Assembly: GCA_000320545.1 (NCBI GenBank)
Contig: ADNK01003010.1
Location: 1 to 50,103 of the forward strand
Direction: 5' to 3'
Length of the DNA stretch: 50,103 nt
Origin: Bigelowiella natans CCMP2755
Taxonomy: Eukaryota; Protista; Cercozoa
The number at the start of each line of letters is the position of its first letter. Position 1 is the first letter of the stretch. Of this stretch, positions 1 through 14,581 are shown piece by piece. The notes under the pieces are model-generated. The model saw nothing but the letters and a program-made list of their open reading frames with translations, had not been told where the DNA came from and did no database searches. A program made the translations under genes and the position numbers.

Positions 1-560
1 TATATATTTTATGTTTGCGCCCCCCGCCCGGTGCGTGAAATTGTCTGATTCGCTTTTCCTCCCCCCCCCACTTTTTTTGACCCGTGGTAGCCAGGGGCGC
101 CCTTGTAGTCACCACATTTCAAAATGTTGGGGGTCCGGAAAGCCTCCGCTAGTATACAACTCTTTCTTGTAACGACAAATACTAAAAAACATAAATATGT
201 TAATATATTCGGGGTAAAAGGGGTTTTAAAAATTCCTCAGAAAAAACCTTTTAAAGAAGTATATTTTATGGGGGTTTGTAGAGCCCCTTGGGGAGATGTC
301 CCTTTTCCCCCTTTTCTCCTTTCTTTTTTTTTCCATTTTTTTTTGGGCCCCTTTTAAGTGAATGGGTATGGGAAAAAAAAAAAACCTTTTTTTCAAAAAA
401 ACGCCCTTAAAAACCTTGGGTGAAAAAAAGGTAAGGGGGGGGAGGAGTAGTACCCACTCCACCGGGAAAGGGGTTGGGGAAAATCTTTTTTTTTTTTTTT
501 TTTTCTTTTGTCCCCCCCCTTGTGTTTCCCCCCCCCCCCCCCCCCCCCCCCCCCACACAC

Positions 561-605
<45 letters not shown>

Positions 606-620
606 CCCCCCCTCTCTACC
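1..620. other. Low-quality, homopolymer-inflated sequence
   Basis: Long A/T/G/C runs unlike the rest of the window; the next expected Der exons cannot be read cleanly. Confidence 0.6.
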
Positions 621-1075
621 CCCCGCTGCGTACAGGAGGTATCTGCTGTGCAATTTGATTTAGCAGCAGATCAATCCCAACATCGTGCTTTGCGGACACC
701 GCTAAGGGTTCCCCCATTCCTACACAAAGAGCGAGTAAACGAGTAAACGACGATGAGGACAACGACAGCAGCACTGATGATATAATCCCATCAACATGGT
801 TGGATGGCGTGAGGATGAAGAGAGAGAGGTGGAAAAGGAAAGATGCTATTTCTATTCGTCGTCCGTTAATAAACGGTGATGCTGACCATGCTTTAGCCGC
901 TTAAACCTCAATTGGATTCACAAAGGAAACGCAGCAGCAGCAGCAGCAGCAGCAGTGTATTGTACATAGTACCCACCTAGCTCCCAAAACTGAGAGGCCT
1001 CCATCATCATTTTCTCATTATCAGCCTTGTTCACTGGTATTATTCAAAAAACGGTATTAAGCACAACCAACTACA

Positions 1076-1114
<39 letters not shown>

Positions 1115-3784
1115 ATGTGCTACCCCCCCCCCCCCCCCCCCCGCCTCTTTCCCCCATCCTCTCTCACTCACGCATCGAAAAGAACCACCGACTATATACT
1201 GCCGTCGGAAACGGTGTCTTCCAAAGAGAAAAGACACTCGTATACACTAAGGGGTCAAATGGCGAGAAGGCTGTCACCATGCACTCTCTCCAAGGAAAAA
1301 ACCAAACCAACTTTTGAAATGAAATTTGTCCAAAAACTGCAAGAACGAGGAGCTTTTATAATCACAGACAGACTCTCCATAATCATCTCCAGCCTGACCA
1401 ACAGTTGCCTTCTAACAGATCTATGCTATTTCTAGAACGCTCCCCTATCCTTACCCCCCCCCCCCCCCCCCTGTCGGTCTCTTCGTTACCAACGATCTGC
1501 ACACGAGTGGTGTGCGGCTCTTCCTCGTCCTTAGAGGCCTTCATTCTATCTTTCTCTCTGTTGTTGTATCGGCATGAACAGCATTGGCCAAAAACCATAT
1601 CACTTATGCAATGTCTGCTGCTGCTGCTACTTCTTGGAGATCGTGGAACATGCAAATACGGCAATAGCCACGACGCAGCGCAGGAAGAGAGAGAGAAAGC
1701 GAGCAGTGCTGGTGATATTTAGCACAGATTTTTAGCATATATCCCCGGCATTGTTTCAATGCGTTCAAACAAGATCATGGCGAAATGCTGTGTGATTGGC
1801 GTGGTCAGGGTTGTAAGGGTGGTTATACTTCTCAAGCTCTCGTAGCATTGAAACAACTTGCTTGTCCGCCTCAAGAACCCCCTTGCGTGTGCAGTGTGTG
1901 AGTTGCGAGTTGTGAGGGGTGGGGTGGGGAGATGCTATGCTATTTAACAGCATTTTGAACACTACATTTATAAACATAACTCACAAAAATTTAAATGATT
2001 AAAGTCAAATCGTGTTGTTAGTTATGAACACGAAGAAGGTTTTGATTTCTACATCTCTGCTTGGAATGACTAGTAAAGAGGGGGGTACGTACCTTTCCTG
2101 CATCAACAACGACCAACACCTATATGATAACATCTCAATTAATTTTTCCTTTTCAAATGATTGCAATCGTATTGCATTCATATTGCATTCCTCACCGATC
2201 ATGTGTGAATAGAAACGCCCATACGAAGAAATGAACATGATATACAATTCACGTATATATGAAAAATACATAATACTTATACACTTCAAATAAAAATATT
2301 TATATAGTTTAAATATTATTTATACAGCTTATATATATTTGCATTTATTATCTACCAAATCTGCCATTTCCATTGCTAACATTGCTTGTTCTCGAATTTC
2401 TCTATTGGAAGTAACAACATACGAATACACCGATATCACTTTATAAAGATGATACAATATAATCCAAGCTTCTTCACTCAAGGATTGCTGCTGCAGCAGA
2501 GCGCTTCCTCTCCTTCCCCATTCTGTTATTATTGCAATGTTTGTGACCGAATGAACTCTCGAGATCCAGGTTTGCCATGAGCGTCCCGAGGCAATCGTAT
2601 GTCCCTCTCGTAGGCCTGATTAAGACAATGGAGGTTGTGGCGCGTGTGAATAGGAGGCTGGCGTGTATATAAATGGCCGAAGCGATGGTGGTGTGCTCGT
2701 CTATAGCACCTGCTCTCCCCAATCAATGCCCCCACTGTCCACAAGATCGAACGTCGCGTTCTAAAAACAGATTGAGGTGCGTGTTTGAATTATAATAAAG
2801 ATCTGCATATGCTCTAATGTAATATAAATATAAATATAAATACATTTATATAAAGATACAAACAAGGTATTTGAAGAAGGCCTCACTCACTAACATTATC
2901 CTCGCAAAGATCATCAGTTGTGGCCGTTGTCGTATGGTGGTTATCGATTATGTCGTCGGCTCCTTCACCTTCCACGTAACTGGAGAGAACAGCCTGTCCC
3001 TTGTTGTACCCGCACGATTATCAACAACCTTCACCAATTATTCACACTGAGCCTCTTGACTTTACATTGATATCATCATTCAAATGAAGAACCCATCCCT
3101 TCATACGGGGTGGGCGGACCAGGAATAAAATGGAGAATTCGAAGAGGGAGGATGAAAATAAGTTCGCAAGAGAAAATAATTGGTAGATGGGAGAGGCCTT
3201 CTCATTGGCCCGAGCATAAGTGCTTACCGCAAGACGCTCTCCTATCATCTTATTGAACAATGAGCTTTTTCCCACGTTCGGCCTTCCTGAATTCAATTGT
3301 CCAGCAAAACAAAACAACCCAGGCCCGCATTAGCAGCATTCTCTGGAATTTCGTGGACAGAAGTCGAAGAGCGATATTAACCACTAGAGAGTACAGCATC
3401 GACACACAAATTGAGAATATTCTACCTATCAAGGCCACGATGGGGCGAACGCTGCTAGGTGGAAAATCAGATGATGATCCTGCAGCCGCTCGAATGCGAG
3501 ACAAATAATGCGTCGCATCCAGGGATTCTGATACACTACCAGACTTCAACGAGAAACGATCAAATAAGCGGTGACTACCCCTGGAAAAGAACGTAACAGT
3601 GAAGGTATGCTCAGCCATCGATGTAATATTACACCTACCTCCTGTTACACACCGAGAGCCTAGTGCGCCTGTTAGTTCTCGGAGAATAGAGACTGTGACG
3701 CCTTGGTGCAATATTTGGACAAAAGATTGTGAGAAGGACGAGCACTAGTCCACCGGTGGGGCGCATGCCCGTACCGGCAGCCAT
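1..3784 (-). CDS. der: Plastid-targeted ribosome biogenesis GTPase Der/EngA (multi-exon; 3' part runs off the window)
   Basis: Spliced exons give a leader MAAGTGMRPTGGLVLVLLTIFCPN...RRTRLSVCNRR, then PIVALIG|RPNVGKSSLFNKMIGERLA|VVDNRAGTTRDR (G1/G2), FDLVDSGG (G3), VQIV|VNKAD (G4, ~1020-1036) and ELG|MGEPLAVSAKHDVGIDLLL (G5, ~660-720). This is the typical Der GTPase domain 1, with GT-AG junctions. Confidence 0.9.
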
Positions 3785-4078
3785 TGTGGTGCGCCGGCAA
3801 TTAAAGCGCTGGCGCTTTCGGAATCCAATCCTTCTCGGCTCGGATCCCAGGCACCTATCCCTTGTCGCAGGCAGTAAAATGCCGCAGAGTCGAATTTTTG
3901 AAATGTTTGAAATTTGGGCCAGATCCTTTTCGAAGGCCGGAGGCGTGGAAATCTGTCTTTTTAGTTGTGTTTTATTCAATGTTTTGTTGTCGTAGGAACA
4001 AAATGGATGATCATGGTCCGAATTCGTGTTTATGTGTGCTGTCCTTCAGGTTTGAATAGCCTCCTCGAGCAGGAGGCA
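3785..4078. promoter_or_regulatory. Short divergent (bidirectional) promoter region
   Basis: About 290 bp without microsatellites between the der ATG (-) and the next ATG (+). Confidence 0.4.
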
Positions 4079-4893
4079 ATGGGGCAGGAATGCAGTTTGG
4101 GAACTGCTCCGTCCCTTCCTTCAGGTCGAACGTCCTTGTTTTCACATCACCGTGATCTCCTTCTTAATGATGAATCCACATGCTTTAGAACACTCTTCAA
4201 CCCACTCCTCTCAAGCGGAAAAAGATGAAGGTAGTTGACTAGTATTTCTGGGATCTTTGTCCGGTTTTGCAAGTTGCCTTTCGCTTACTTAACCGCAGCT
4301 TCTGAGGACGACGAGGATAAATCATGGAGCGACGAGGAGGGAGTCAACAAGAACGATGCGAAACGCAAACTCAAATCCCGTGTTTTCAAGAAGACGCTAT
4401 ACAAATACTTAACCAATGACAGCACGTTTGATGACAAGTAAGAAACACTAAATATGGGTGTGCGATGCAATTCGATGCAATACGAGCAGCATACTCCCTA
4501 AGACAGACTAAAGATCTATTACATTACCATTTACTGGATTTCATCGTGCGCCATCCATCATATCCTAATGCTTAGATTCATGATGCGAGTGCAAACTATT
4601 TCGGAAGGGGACGACTCGAAACAGAGGACCAGAGGCACTGGAAGTGGCCAGATTCTAACGGTAAAACGCACTATGCTTCATACTGCATGGAGTGCACGCG
4701 ATAACACTGTTCTCTCAATACCGATCTTAAACTGTTCCTATGCCGTTGATTCGGATAAAATTAGGTGCAGGTCACAAGGGATGCGACAGACGCAACGGAG
4801 TACCGGGTGGGTAGGAGCGTAATCGCTTCAACGAGGGAAATAGCTAAGATCCGATATGTACAATCGTGTGATACTTTTTACGTACGCGTGTGA
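4079..4893 (+). CDS. Short hypothetical protein (about 4 exons; may be the 5' part of the next gene)
   Basis: Phase-consistent exons MGQECSLGTAPSLPS|ASEDDEDKSWSDEEG...DSTFDDK|FMMRVQTISEG...GQILT|VTRDATDATEYR...; no family recognised, start and end uncertain. Confidence 0.4.
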
Positions 4894-5181
4894 GAGTTAT
4901 TTGTACTGAAAAGACCGAGGCATACGTCCCTTCGAGCGTCGATCCCGAAAACGGCCCTTATCACTGCAAAATCATAGAAATCATGGGAGAGGTTCTCTTG
5001 CTTTATATGTAATGCTGTGTACGCCTAAGAACGCGCCTTCTTCATTTCCTCAAAATAAAGTTGTTAGAAAACAACAGGGCGGAGTCACTAAAAACCATCA
5101 TATATACCACCTTCATCATCATTATCAACAGCATCATCAACAACATCATCATTATTCACTCATGGATCAAAAGCGGAAAAC

Positions 5182-5984
5182 ATGGGAAATTGTGTCCTCG
5201 ACTCTCTAATGTCTGGGAGATATCAACGACAGGGATTCGGTTTCGCTATCGTTTTGATTTTTCTATAAGTAACTATTAGAAAATTCCTTTGATTAAATGG
5301 CAGTTATGGTAAGTAATCCGAACGTGATATTCAGGGTATCTTCCCAGCTGTTTCCTCCTCTTCTTCCTCCTCCTCCTCCTCCTCATCGTCATCGTCATCG
5401 AAGCTCTCAATGATTTCATCGCCATTATTCCTCTGGGATACGAGAGAAAACAGGCCACAGCAAGATGCTGGTGCTTATTCGTCGTCGTAGCAGTAGATAG
5501 CTGCTGCAGCAGTTATCGGAATTGTTCATTTTTGTATTCTAAGCACCCCCCCCTCCCCTATTGTGTCATCTCGTGCATCTTTCAGCGCAGCTGAAGACTT
5601 GCATCTTGCGAATATAGGAGAGAATATGAATAATATAAATATATAAATAAATAAATATATATATATATATATTTACGTATCAAGTCCTGCCTACGAGAGA
5701 TGCAAGTAACAAATTTGGTCATGGACGAAACATGGCACCCCTCTCAGAAGGAAGAACCTCGAGGGATAAGCTTCGGAGAGCGAAGACTCCGTTGACGTTT
5801 AATGTAGGAGAGAGAGGAGAGAGCATTTAGAAAGCACTATCTGCACCTGCCATGGAACATAATGAAGCTGATTGCTCTGCGTGTTTGCATCTCTTTGCCG
5901 TCTCCTTTACTATCTTGATTAGTACTTTAGTACTTCGTTTACTTCACCGAGTCAAGAAATGAGAGAGGAGAGGGGGGGAAGAGT

Positions 5985-6035
<51 letters not shown>

Positions 6036-7246
6036 AGCTTCAAAACCCTGAGCAGCTACAATGTACCTCCTCGAAAGGAGTTTGACTTAGATTTTGATTT
6101 TGTATTCTGACCATCATTTATACCATTAACGTCCTTGGAGCAGATTCTTCGCGAAGACGCATCCGGAGAGTACACAGTGCTTAAGTCTCTCACCCTCTCC
6201 AAAGAACAAATGTACCAAATGACAATTCATCAATATCCAACCCCCTCTCCTCCTCTTCCCCCACCCAGAATATTAGGCAGAAATGCCGGTATTATTTCTC
6301 AAAACACCAACGATAGCAGCGCAGCATCGTGATTACGAAGAAGAAGAAGAAGAAGATGAAGAAGAAGAAGAAGAAGAAGAAGAAGAAGAAGAAATTGAGT
6401 AGTTTCCCAAGTAAATCCAAACGATACTCTTAAGGCGCCGTGCAAAAAGAACGCGAGGATTTCTCATCACCAGCCTCGCCATCACTACCATCCCTATATC
6501 TTCGCTGCTTTTGGCTGCCGCACCTCTCCTTGTATGGACAACCAAATGCAGCAGCTAATTCATTCGCATTCTCCCCCCCATCCCCCCCCCCCCTTATTTC
6601 TAGGATCACCTTCCGACATATGCTGCTAAGAAGAAAGAACCGGTCCGGCATCAATTCCCCCCCCACCCCCTCCTCCAGACGCAGCGAGGCTCAGGATGGC
6701 GAGGGGAGGGGCACGGAGCTCAAGCTAGACTTTCTTGGCGAAAGCACAAACGGGAACTCTGCGAGACGTGCAGGACATCAGACAGTCGTCGAGAATGACA
6801 CGGGCAGCAGCTCGCTTGCGTCTGCATTGTTTTTTGGGAGAAAGAAGGCCAGGAAGAGAGACTGGGAGTTCTCTCTGTTTCTTCGCCGTGTGGAGGTGAG
6901 CAATAGTACTAAGAGCTCATATTAAGTTTTTATCTCCTCACCCTTTCTTAATTTTTGATATTCCCCTGTCCCCTCCCCTTCTGTTCTCTCTTCTTCTCTG
7001 TATTTCCTTCACTTCTAGCCTACCGAGAATAATGGGGTGGATAAAGAGGGTCTAGAGGCTGCCTGTCTCAATGATCTCAGCAGTCTAAGATCAAATGTAG
7101 AGTTTATTATATATGTATTTGTTTTCTTACATTATGCAATTTGCACCGGTCATCTTCTTCTCCTCCTCTTGCATTCTTCACCGCACATCAGCTTCGTCCA
7201 AGCAAAGAGGAAGGAAATAATTACCCAAAGGTTTACATGTACGAGA

Positions 7247-7289
<43 letters not shown>

Positions 7290-8350
7290 TAATATTTACA
7301 TAAATATACATAAATATACATATATATATATATAAATATAATATAATATAATATATATATATATATGTGTGTGTGTGTTGTATGCATGATGTTGCTTTTT
7401 CCATGAGCAATCGTCCATATATGACGTTCTATAGACGCCCCTCACCAACTATCAGTGTACGTGAGGAAGATGATGATTTTTGATCTTAGCCGTGTATTGT
7501 ACATGCTGCAGTCGTCGTTAAGAGATTCGATTTTCACTTGAACAACTCACAATATGGTCCTTGTTTTCCTTGCGAATTGTCTCCTCCTCCTCCTCCTCCT
7601 CCTCCTCCTCCTGCATCTTAGATGATAACAATTATTATGGAAGGCTTATGAGTAGTGGAGGGAATGATCGTGGAGTCATTACCCAAAGGTCTCCTCTAAA
7701 TCTAAGAATTTGTGTATTTTCTTCTTCAAACTTTGAAACATTTCAATATTTACTACTACTGTGTAACCTGAATGTCGGAGTGCGCGTGATTGTTTTGCAG
7801 GAAAGTTGGCGCTTCATCGGTAAAGTCAGCGATGAGCATCAAAGCAACACGAGACACGATGAGGCACTAGTCCAAGGTAACAGTAAAAGCCTCTCTCATG
7901 AGCGATGGAGTTCATTTTCGAAGATAGTCATAAATAGAGAACTCATCAGACACACTTCCTCCTTCTTTGGGCATCTTAGTTTTTGTGCGTGCATGTGCGT
8001 GCGTGCATGCATGCATGCATGTGTGTGTGCATGTGTGTGTGTGTGTTGTTGGTATCATTGTATGTTATCTGCAAATAGGCATGTGTATGATCATTACTTT
8101 TGAGTTTGCATGTGTTCTTTGGTCATAATGTTGTTTTGAAATCTGGTGTTGATGTCTCTTGCTGCAGCACTAATGCACACCGAAGATGGCGATGACGAAG
8201 ACCAGAGTCAGTTATATCCTTCAAATACATTCTCCCTGATGACTAAGAAGACACGCGTTTGCATGGTTCAAGCGTGTATGGCGGCACTGTTGTTATTGTT
8301 GACAATTGTTTGTGTGTGATTGTGTGATTGTGGTGATTGTGTGATTGTGT

Positions 8351-8385
<35 letters not shown>

Positions 8386-8978
8386 TGTGTGCGTGTGCTT
8401 TCAGAGAGATTCACAAAAGCATTAGTCGATCAATTTCTAAATTTAAAAAAAAACTATTTATCCGACTTTGGCACTTTTGGCTCACAACGCCGCCGCTGCT
8501 ACTCAATTCATGTTTCGGTCTTGTATTCCAGTCCTTAGCTCTAGTAATGTATACCGACGATGTGGGCGTTCGTGTTTTTACAGAAATGAAGTCTCAGATT
8601 GGAGGGCAGATCGACTACTGGGACAAGTGCGTTGAGATCCTCTCCACGGTAATTTTGTCATAATTTTGTCATCATTTTAGAGTTCTTTAAGAGAAGGAGA
8701 TTTTCCTCCACCATTTATGATTTATATACTGCTACCGCTGCTGCTGCTACTGCGCGCTATATCGTGCTATATCGGCATCTTTAGCTCAATCGTTTCAGTA
8801 CTTGTGTATGAGTGAGTGTGTGTGTGTGTGTGTGCGTGTCGTGTGGGTATGGCTGTCAGGTTTACAATGTGAAAGTCTCCATTCTAATTACAGGGTTTAT
8901 CATACAAAGCATGAACTTGTACACTGCACGCATGCTATGTCATCCAATGCAAAAGCACTACGATGATTGCTTGTAAAC

Positions 8979-9013
<35 letters not shown>

Positions 9014-11176
9014 GAGGGAGACTGCTTCTGATACATCGCCACCATCGTTATCTATCAACTCCACCATCGTTATCTATCAACACCACCATAATGAACATCA
9101 TCCGAATACAATCTCACAATCATCTTCATTGCTATTCGCTCATCACCAACAGAGTGAGCTTGGTCGATAAGAAAGGTCTGATCCTCGGTTTTGGGTCAAT
9201 TGTTGGAGAAGAAGAAAGCAATGAAACCGCAGCGTCCACATCGGAGGATTCCTGGTAAGATATGTACCAATCGGCGAGTAGTCAAAGCAGATGCATAGAG
9301 CCGTTTGCGCGCTTGTGCATTTTTCTCAGCTTTAAAGGCCTGAGAAAGCTATTTTCTCGTTAAATGCATTCCGCAATAGGTTCCGACGACGATTTGTCCC
9401 TTCTGACCCTGAGATTATACCAGAAGGCGCATCGGTTGACAGAGGCGATAAAAAGGTATATTTTATTGTCTTGGAAACATTATGGAGGGAAAGGTTATGT
9501 AAGAGACAATGCCGAAGTTGTAGGTTCTGATTTATGATTTGGTCTGTGTTATTCCTGTTGTCGTAGCACATCTAGACACAAAACGCAACTAGCATTCGTA
9601 TACGCTTACGTGCGCGCGCGCGTGTGTTTGTGTGTGTGTTCGTGTGTGTGTGAGTTTCAGATTCTTTGTTGTAATGTCCTTCTTCTATTTCGTTTGAATG
9701 TTTCCACAGTCAATGATTCGAAAGGAGGCCAGGCTATACGACCAATATAGATTCGGAAAGTAGTCAATTTGCTATTGCTTGTATAGTACTCGATGCTTTC
9801 TGGCCTTCATTGCAAGCGTAGACAGAGCCACCAATCTTTGATTCTCTCACCCACACACATTTACGCACACAAATAGACCATGCTATCCAATTGCTTAAGT
9901 ATGTGTCTATGTGTGTGTGTGTGTCTTCGATGCTTTACCTTTTTCCAGACATTTTGAAAAAATTCGCAAGAATTGTTGGACCTTCCACCTCGGAGACTTC
10001 AAAGGTGAACGTAACCGTAGCACACACTACTCGAAAAAAACAAACAATCAGATCGTTGTGTTGGAGCATTAGGGTTATGTTAAGTCATAAAACGAGGGTA
10101 TTGAGAATGACCGAAAGTCAAGGATCATACTCGACATCAGAATAATAGAATATGCATTTATATTCTATGATAATGATGATGATAAGGATGATGCATATTG
10201 CCTCTTGCTACTGCTCCGTGCAGATGTGAATGATATTCCGGATTTGCTGGTTTCGGACATTACTTCGTTTTCTTGGCCTGGGAGAAAGTTGGTGCGAATT
10301 ATCACATCGAGACTTGCCGAAAAAAAGATGCGACATTTGGTAATGATGTCTTTTATTTGTCCAACAAACCTTCTTAATTTTTCATGATTCCAATGCAACC
10401 GAAGTATTCTTTCCTTTATTCGGGTCTAAGGATGGTGTTGAGGGAAATAGCAATCAGTCGCCTAATGCGCTTAGTTTCTAGAATTAGCTAGAAGTCATTC
10501 CTTTCTCTATCGATGCTTTTGTCCGCACACGCAGGACCTCGAATTCTTCAATGAAACAAACGATAAAGAGAAAATGTCACATCTGTCATTCGGTGTCCAG
10601 GTCGGAAGAAGTCCTGCATCAAGCGGGAAACATCACACAACATACGAACACGTTTCATCTTACAATACCGGGAAAAATCAGCTCACTAAGATTGGAGCAG
10701 CAACGTTTGGTTGATGCCAGTCTCCTTTTTGGGCAATATCTGTGGAGGGGTGTTTGCTGTCCGCCGATTTTACGAGGCCTTTTCGGCTATGATTTCCTTG
10801 TTTCGTTTTGTTTTTAAACAATCGCATGCAAATGTAACGAGAGAAATGATAGATCGGGCGGTAAGCGCACACAGGCGTGCCCAAAACACACACGTGCAAT
10901 GCACGAATTGTATGGCTCTACTTTCTTCCTGTAATGCAAAGGTAACATATCAATCTCGTGGACGAAACCTTTTGAGCCATGCGGACTCGGCCCATTCTTC
11001 TCGAATTCATGAGCTAAAGACGTCATTCTTCGTACGAAATGGCCATCGTGATTCGTCGTCCAGAAGAGACAGTAACATCTCAAATGGCTATTTTGGAATG
11101 GTAGAAAGGCCATCGAACCTTCCGACGCATTTTTGTTGGGATAATACCCGTTCCTTTCTCCGAAGTTGTGTCCAGA

Positions 11177-11220
<44 letters not shown>

Positions 11221-12767
11221 AATATATATGTGTGTGTGTGTGTGTTTCTTTTGTGTGACGCTTTTATTCTCGGAACACCGTGATTCCTAGGCTTCTCGGC
11301 CACGAGATACGGGGCGTAAGAATCTGATAAGAATTCATTTTTGTTCATTATCATATCCATCACAGTTGAATAAGTCTAAGGTTACAAGACATCGTAAGGG
11401 TATCCTCGGCTCGGGTCTTCTCCATACAAAGATTCACGCAGGGTCGAGGCTTTTTACAAAACCGCTTAACACTCTCCCCTGGTAAGTGCAGCCGCGTGCC
11501 AGTGGAAGTGCGCATGTATCTGCTTGTCTGTCTGCGCACGGGCGCGTGCTTTGGTTGGTGATATCCTGGGTAAATTGCGTGTAGGTTTCAACATGGAAGT
11601 AGCTCCAATGGAGACGAATCGAAACAGGCGTCGATCCCCGACGAATCAAGATTCGGAATCAAGTCCTACAGCGCAGACTTTGAGCACAACGGGGCCACGT
11701 CATGTCGAGAGGCGAGCTCGAATGTGCTGTTGTCGCACGTCAGTTTGGAGCACGATGACGACGGTACACAAACAACAAATATTTTAGATACATGCAAACT
11801 CAAAAGCAGCCGAGCCTACTCAGAAATGGCGCAGGAGCACTCATTGCATGACCACCTGGGAATGCTGCCTGGGGGGCACACTGCTACGCCAAATCACCGT
11901 GTTTGCTATCAAGTGTTTGCCTGTTCGTTTTGCTATTGAACGAGGGCCATATCGCCAAGCATCACATATACAACATCTAACGGATGTTTCATTCAAATTG
12001 CAAAGATCATCGTGATGTTTCATTCGAGTTGCAAAGATCATCGTGCAGAGTTATTACTACTACTACTACTTCTACTTCTACCTAAGTGACGTCGTCCATC
12101 TATCATCGATGCAGGGGGTGGTGGCTACTTGTCGAGGGCGTTCCGAATGGTTACATTTCATGGACACATGATGAATGGAAATATATACCAAGAAAGAGCG
12201 ATAATAGGTGCCGTTACAAGCTCTTTTCTCTCCTCTTCCCCAACCTCGTCATTTTCCTCACTAGTCTTTCGTTTTGTTGTTTTTGCAATATATGCGTTGG
12301 GTACATATGCGATGCATGATGGATTCTTGAATGGGCTGGTGTTTTTAGGCGAAGGTCACTTTATTGACTTGCACGCTATGGAGACCTACTCCAAAGGTCA
12401 GCTCGTTGATAGCACAGAAACCATCCATCTAACCACACATCTCCCCCTAATTTTTCGTTGATAGAATAACATTTGCGCAACTAATGATGACGGTGATGAC
12501 GGTGTGATTGGCGATGGTGATGATGACAATGAACGATGGCCTTAATGATAGTGATGATAATGATGACTTCAGCGCACGCATTATCTTACCGTGGGAGACT
12601 TGTCAACCATCAATAATATATAATAAAAACATAAATCATCAGGAGATTACATAGAAGTCCAGGTTCAAAGAGTCGTACTTTGCGAGTCGAGGGTTCGGGT
12701 GATGAAATCATCGAAACACATCCTCTGGCCATATTACAACACTCCTGCTATTGCCAGGGTATTGTAG
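5182..12767 (+). CDS. Large multi-exon hypothetical protein
   Basis: Possible start MGNCVLDS (myristoylation/palmitoylation-like). Many AG...GT bounded open exons, e.g. ILREDASGEYTVLKSL, SLALVMYTDDVGVRVFTEMK...VEILST, HFEKIRKNCWTFHLGDFK; last exon DYIEVQVQRVVL...PAIARVL*. Full phase chain not verified. Confidence 0.5.
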
Positions 12768-13399
12768 AATCATGAGTGTGAATATCGTCATGCGATAGGA
12801 AAGAGAGCGGGGGATATGAAAGGCGAAGGAAGTTAACCTGCATGTGTATTTACTTGTATGATGTCACATGTTTAAATACATTTATTTTAAAAATATATAT
12901 ATATTAAAAACATATGCTACACTTTTTAGATAGATAAATAATGCACTCTTCGATGGTTTATACTTGAAGAAACGTTTTCTTTGAATATCTCGGAGCATTG
13001 ATGTATAAGGACATATATGTATGTGTTTTCGTTTATGTTCACTTCTCAGATTGTTGCATCGAGCCATTCGCTCGAAAAGGGGGTGTGTAACATTGAAACA
13101 TCACCCAACTTAGCATTGAAATACATTCCGGCAATTACTGCTCATAGAGCCTAATTGTACAAGGGAAGAAAGAGGGGGGGGGGGGGGGGCTGATGCGTAA
13201 TTTGGCTAAAAATTATGCAATCCTTTCAATTTTTTTTAAGCATCGAAACCAACGCCAAAATATATGCGGAGATTGCAAAAGGCTACACACACAAACACAC
13301 ACACATACACAGGCCCGCCGCACGTGCAATTTAATACCTAGCTCACACGACGCATATCAGCATGCATGAATCAATATTCGCATATATATTAATCAACCG

Positions 13400-14107
13400 A
13401 TGAGAAAGGCGCGCTACAACAACAACAGGTATGGCTAGAGTTAAATCTTCCTTCATCAACCAAGCCCGGTAACACAAATACGCCTTAGAGTGAGCGTCGC
13501 CAAGCGATGATTCAAAACGATGAGTCCGTCATGTATCTTTAATAAAATGACTAAGAATCCGAGCGCCTCCCTCATCATCTGACGGCTTTTGAATGTGTTA
13601 GGAATGGTGGTAGGTATTCTTCCACAGAAGAAATGGCTGCTCGGCAAGCCCTTTAACTTACAGAACAACGCAGCGAGAATACAGAAGATTGTTAGCGGCT
13701 GTGTAAGGCTATCGAATCTCTCGATTATTGAGAGCGATAAGGTACGACTAATCGCCACTCGCTTTGCGCCACTCGGCTATCTAACACAGCGTGCCGCTTC
13801 ATGATTCTATTGCAATTTAAGCTCATGGAGGTGGAGATTTGAAAGTGACGATGATGCATCATATCAGAAGGGGTCTATTGAGTTGGAGCTCGGTCGTGAG
13901 GAAAGAGAGAAATGGTAGGGAGATGATGTGAGAAATGATGCTACAGGAGGCTAGAGATATAAAGTCTTGGACTTGTGATTGTTCTCAGGATATCCCTGTT
14001 TGGCAACATCACTGATGAAGACAAATTCAAGAGGTAAAGCGGCATAAATGCGCTATTAGCGAGAATTGATCTTGGGGGTTTGTTGGTGCTGAAAATGATA
14101 CTACATG

Positions 14108-14161
<54 letters not shown>

Positions 14162-14185
14162 CCTCGGTCGTATGTGTGTAGTGTA

Positions 14186-14226
<41 letters not shown>

Positions 14227-14550
14227 GTGTGTGTATCACAGAGAGGGAGAGAGAGAGAAAGAGAGATAGAGAGAGGAGGGGAGATCATCATTGTCGTATC
14301 TGAATTTCTCTTCATCCAACCTCGACAGTCAAATTAGGGATAAACTCACTCTCCAAACTATAGAAGTTGAAGAGGCTGACTTCGAGCGAGGGTGGGTTAT
14401 TATTATTGTGCACACCATTTTATGTCCAAACTGTATTGCAATTTCTGTATATTTCTGTCTTTTGGATTGATTTGTAATTCTTCAGTATTCCCCCCCGCCT
14501 TTCCCCCTCTAGCTCACTTTGACTGACAGCGTTACGTACACACACCACAC

Positions 14551-14581
<31 letters not shown>

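Noticed and set aside
124-746. ORFs made of poly-K/F/P/G and (IY)n
   Set aside because: Translations of homopolymers and microsatellites in low-quality sequence; the same applies to most short ORFs in the track.
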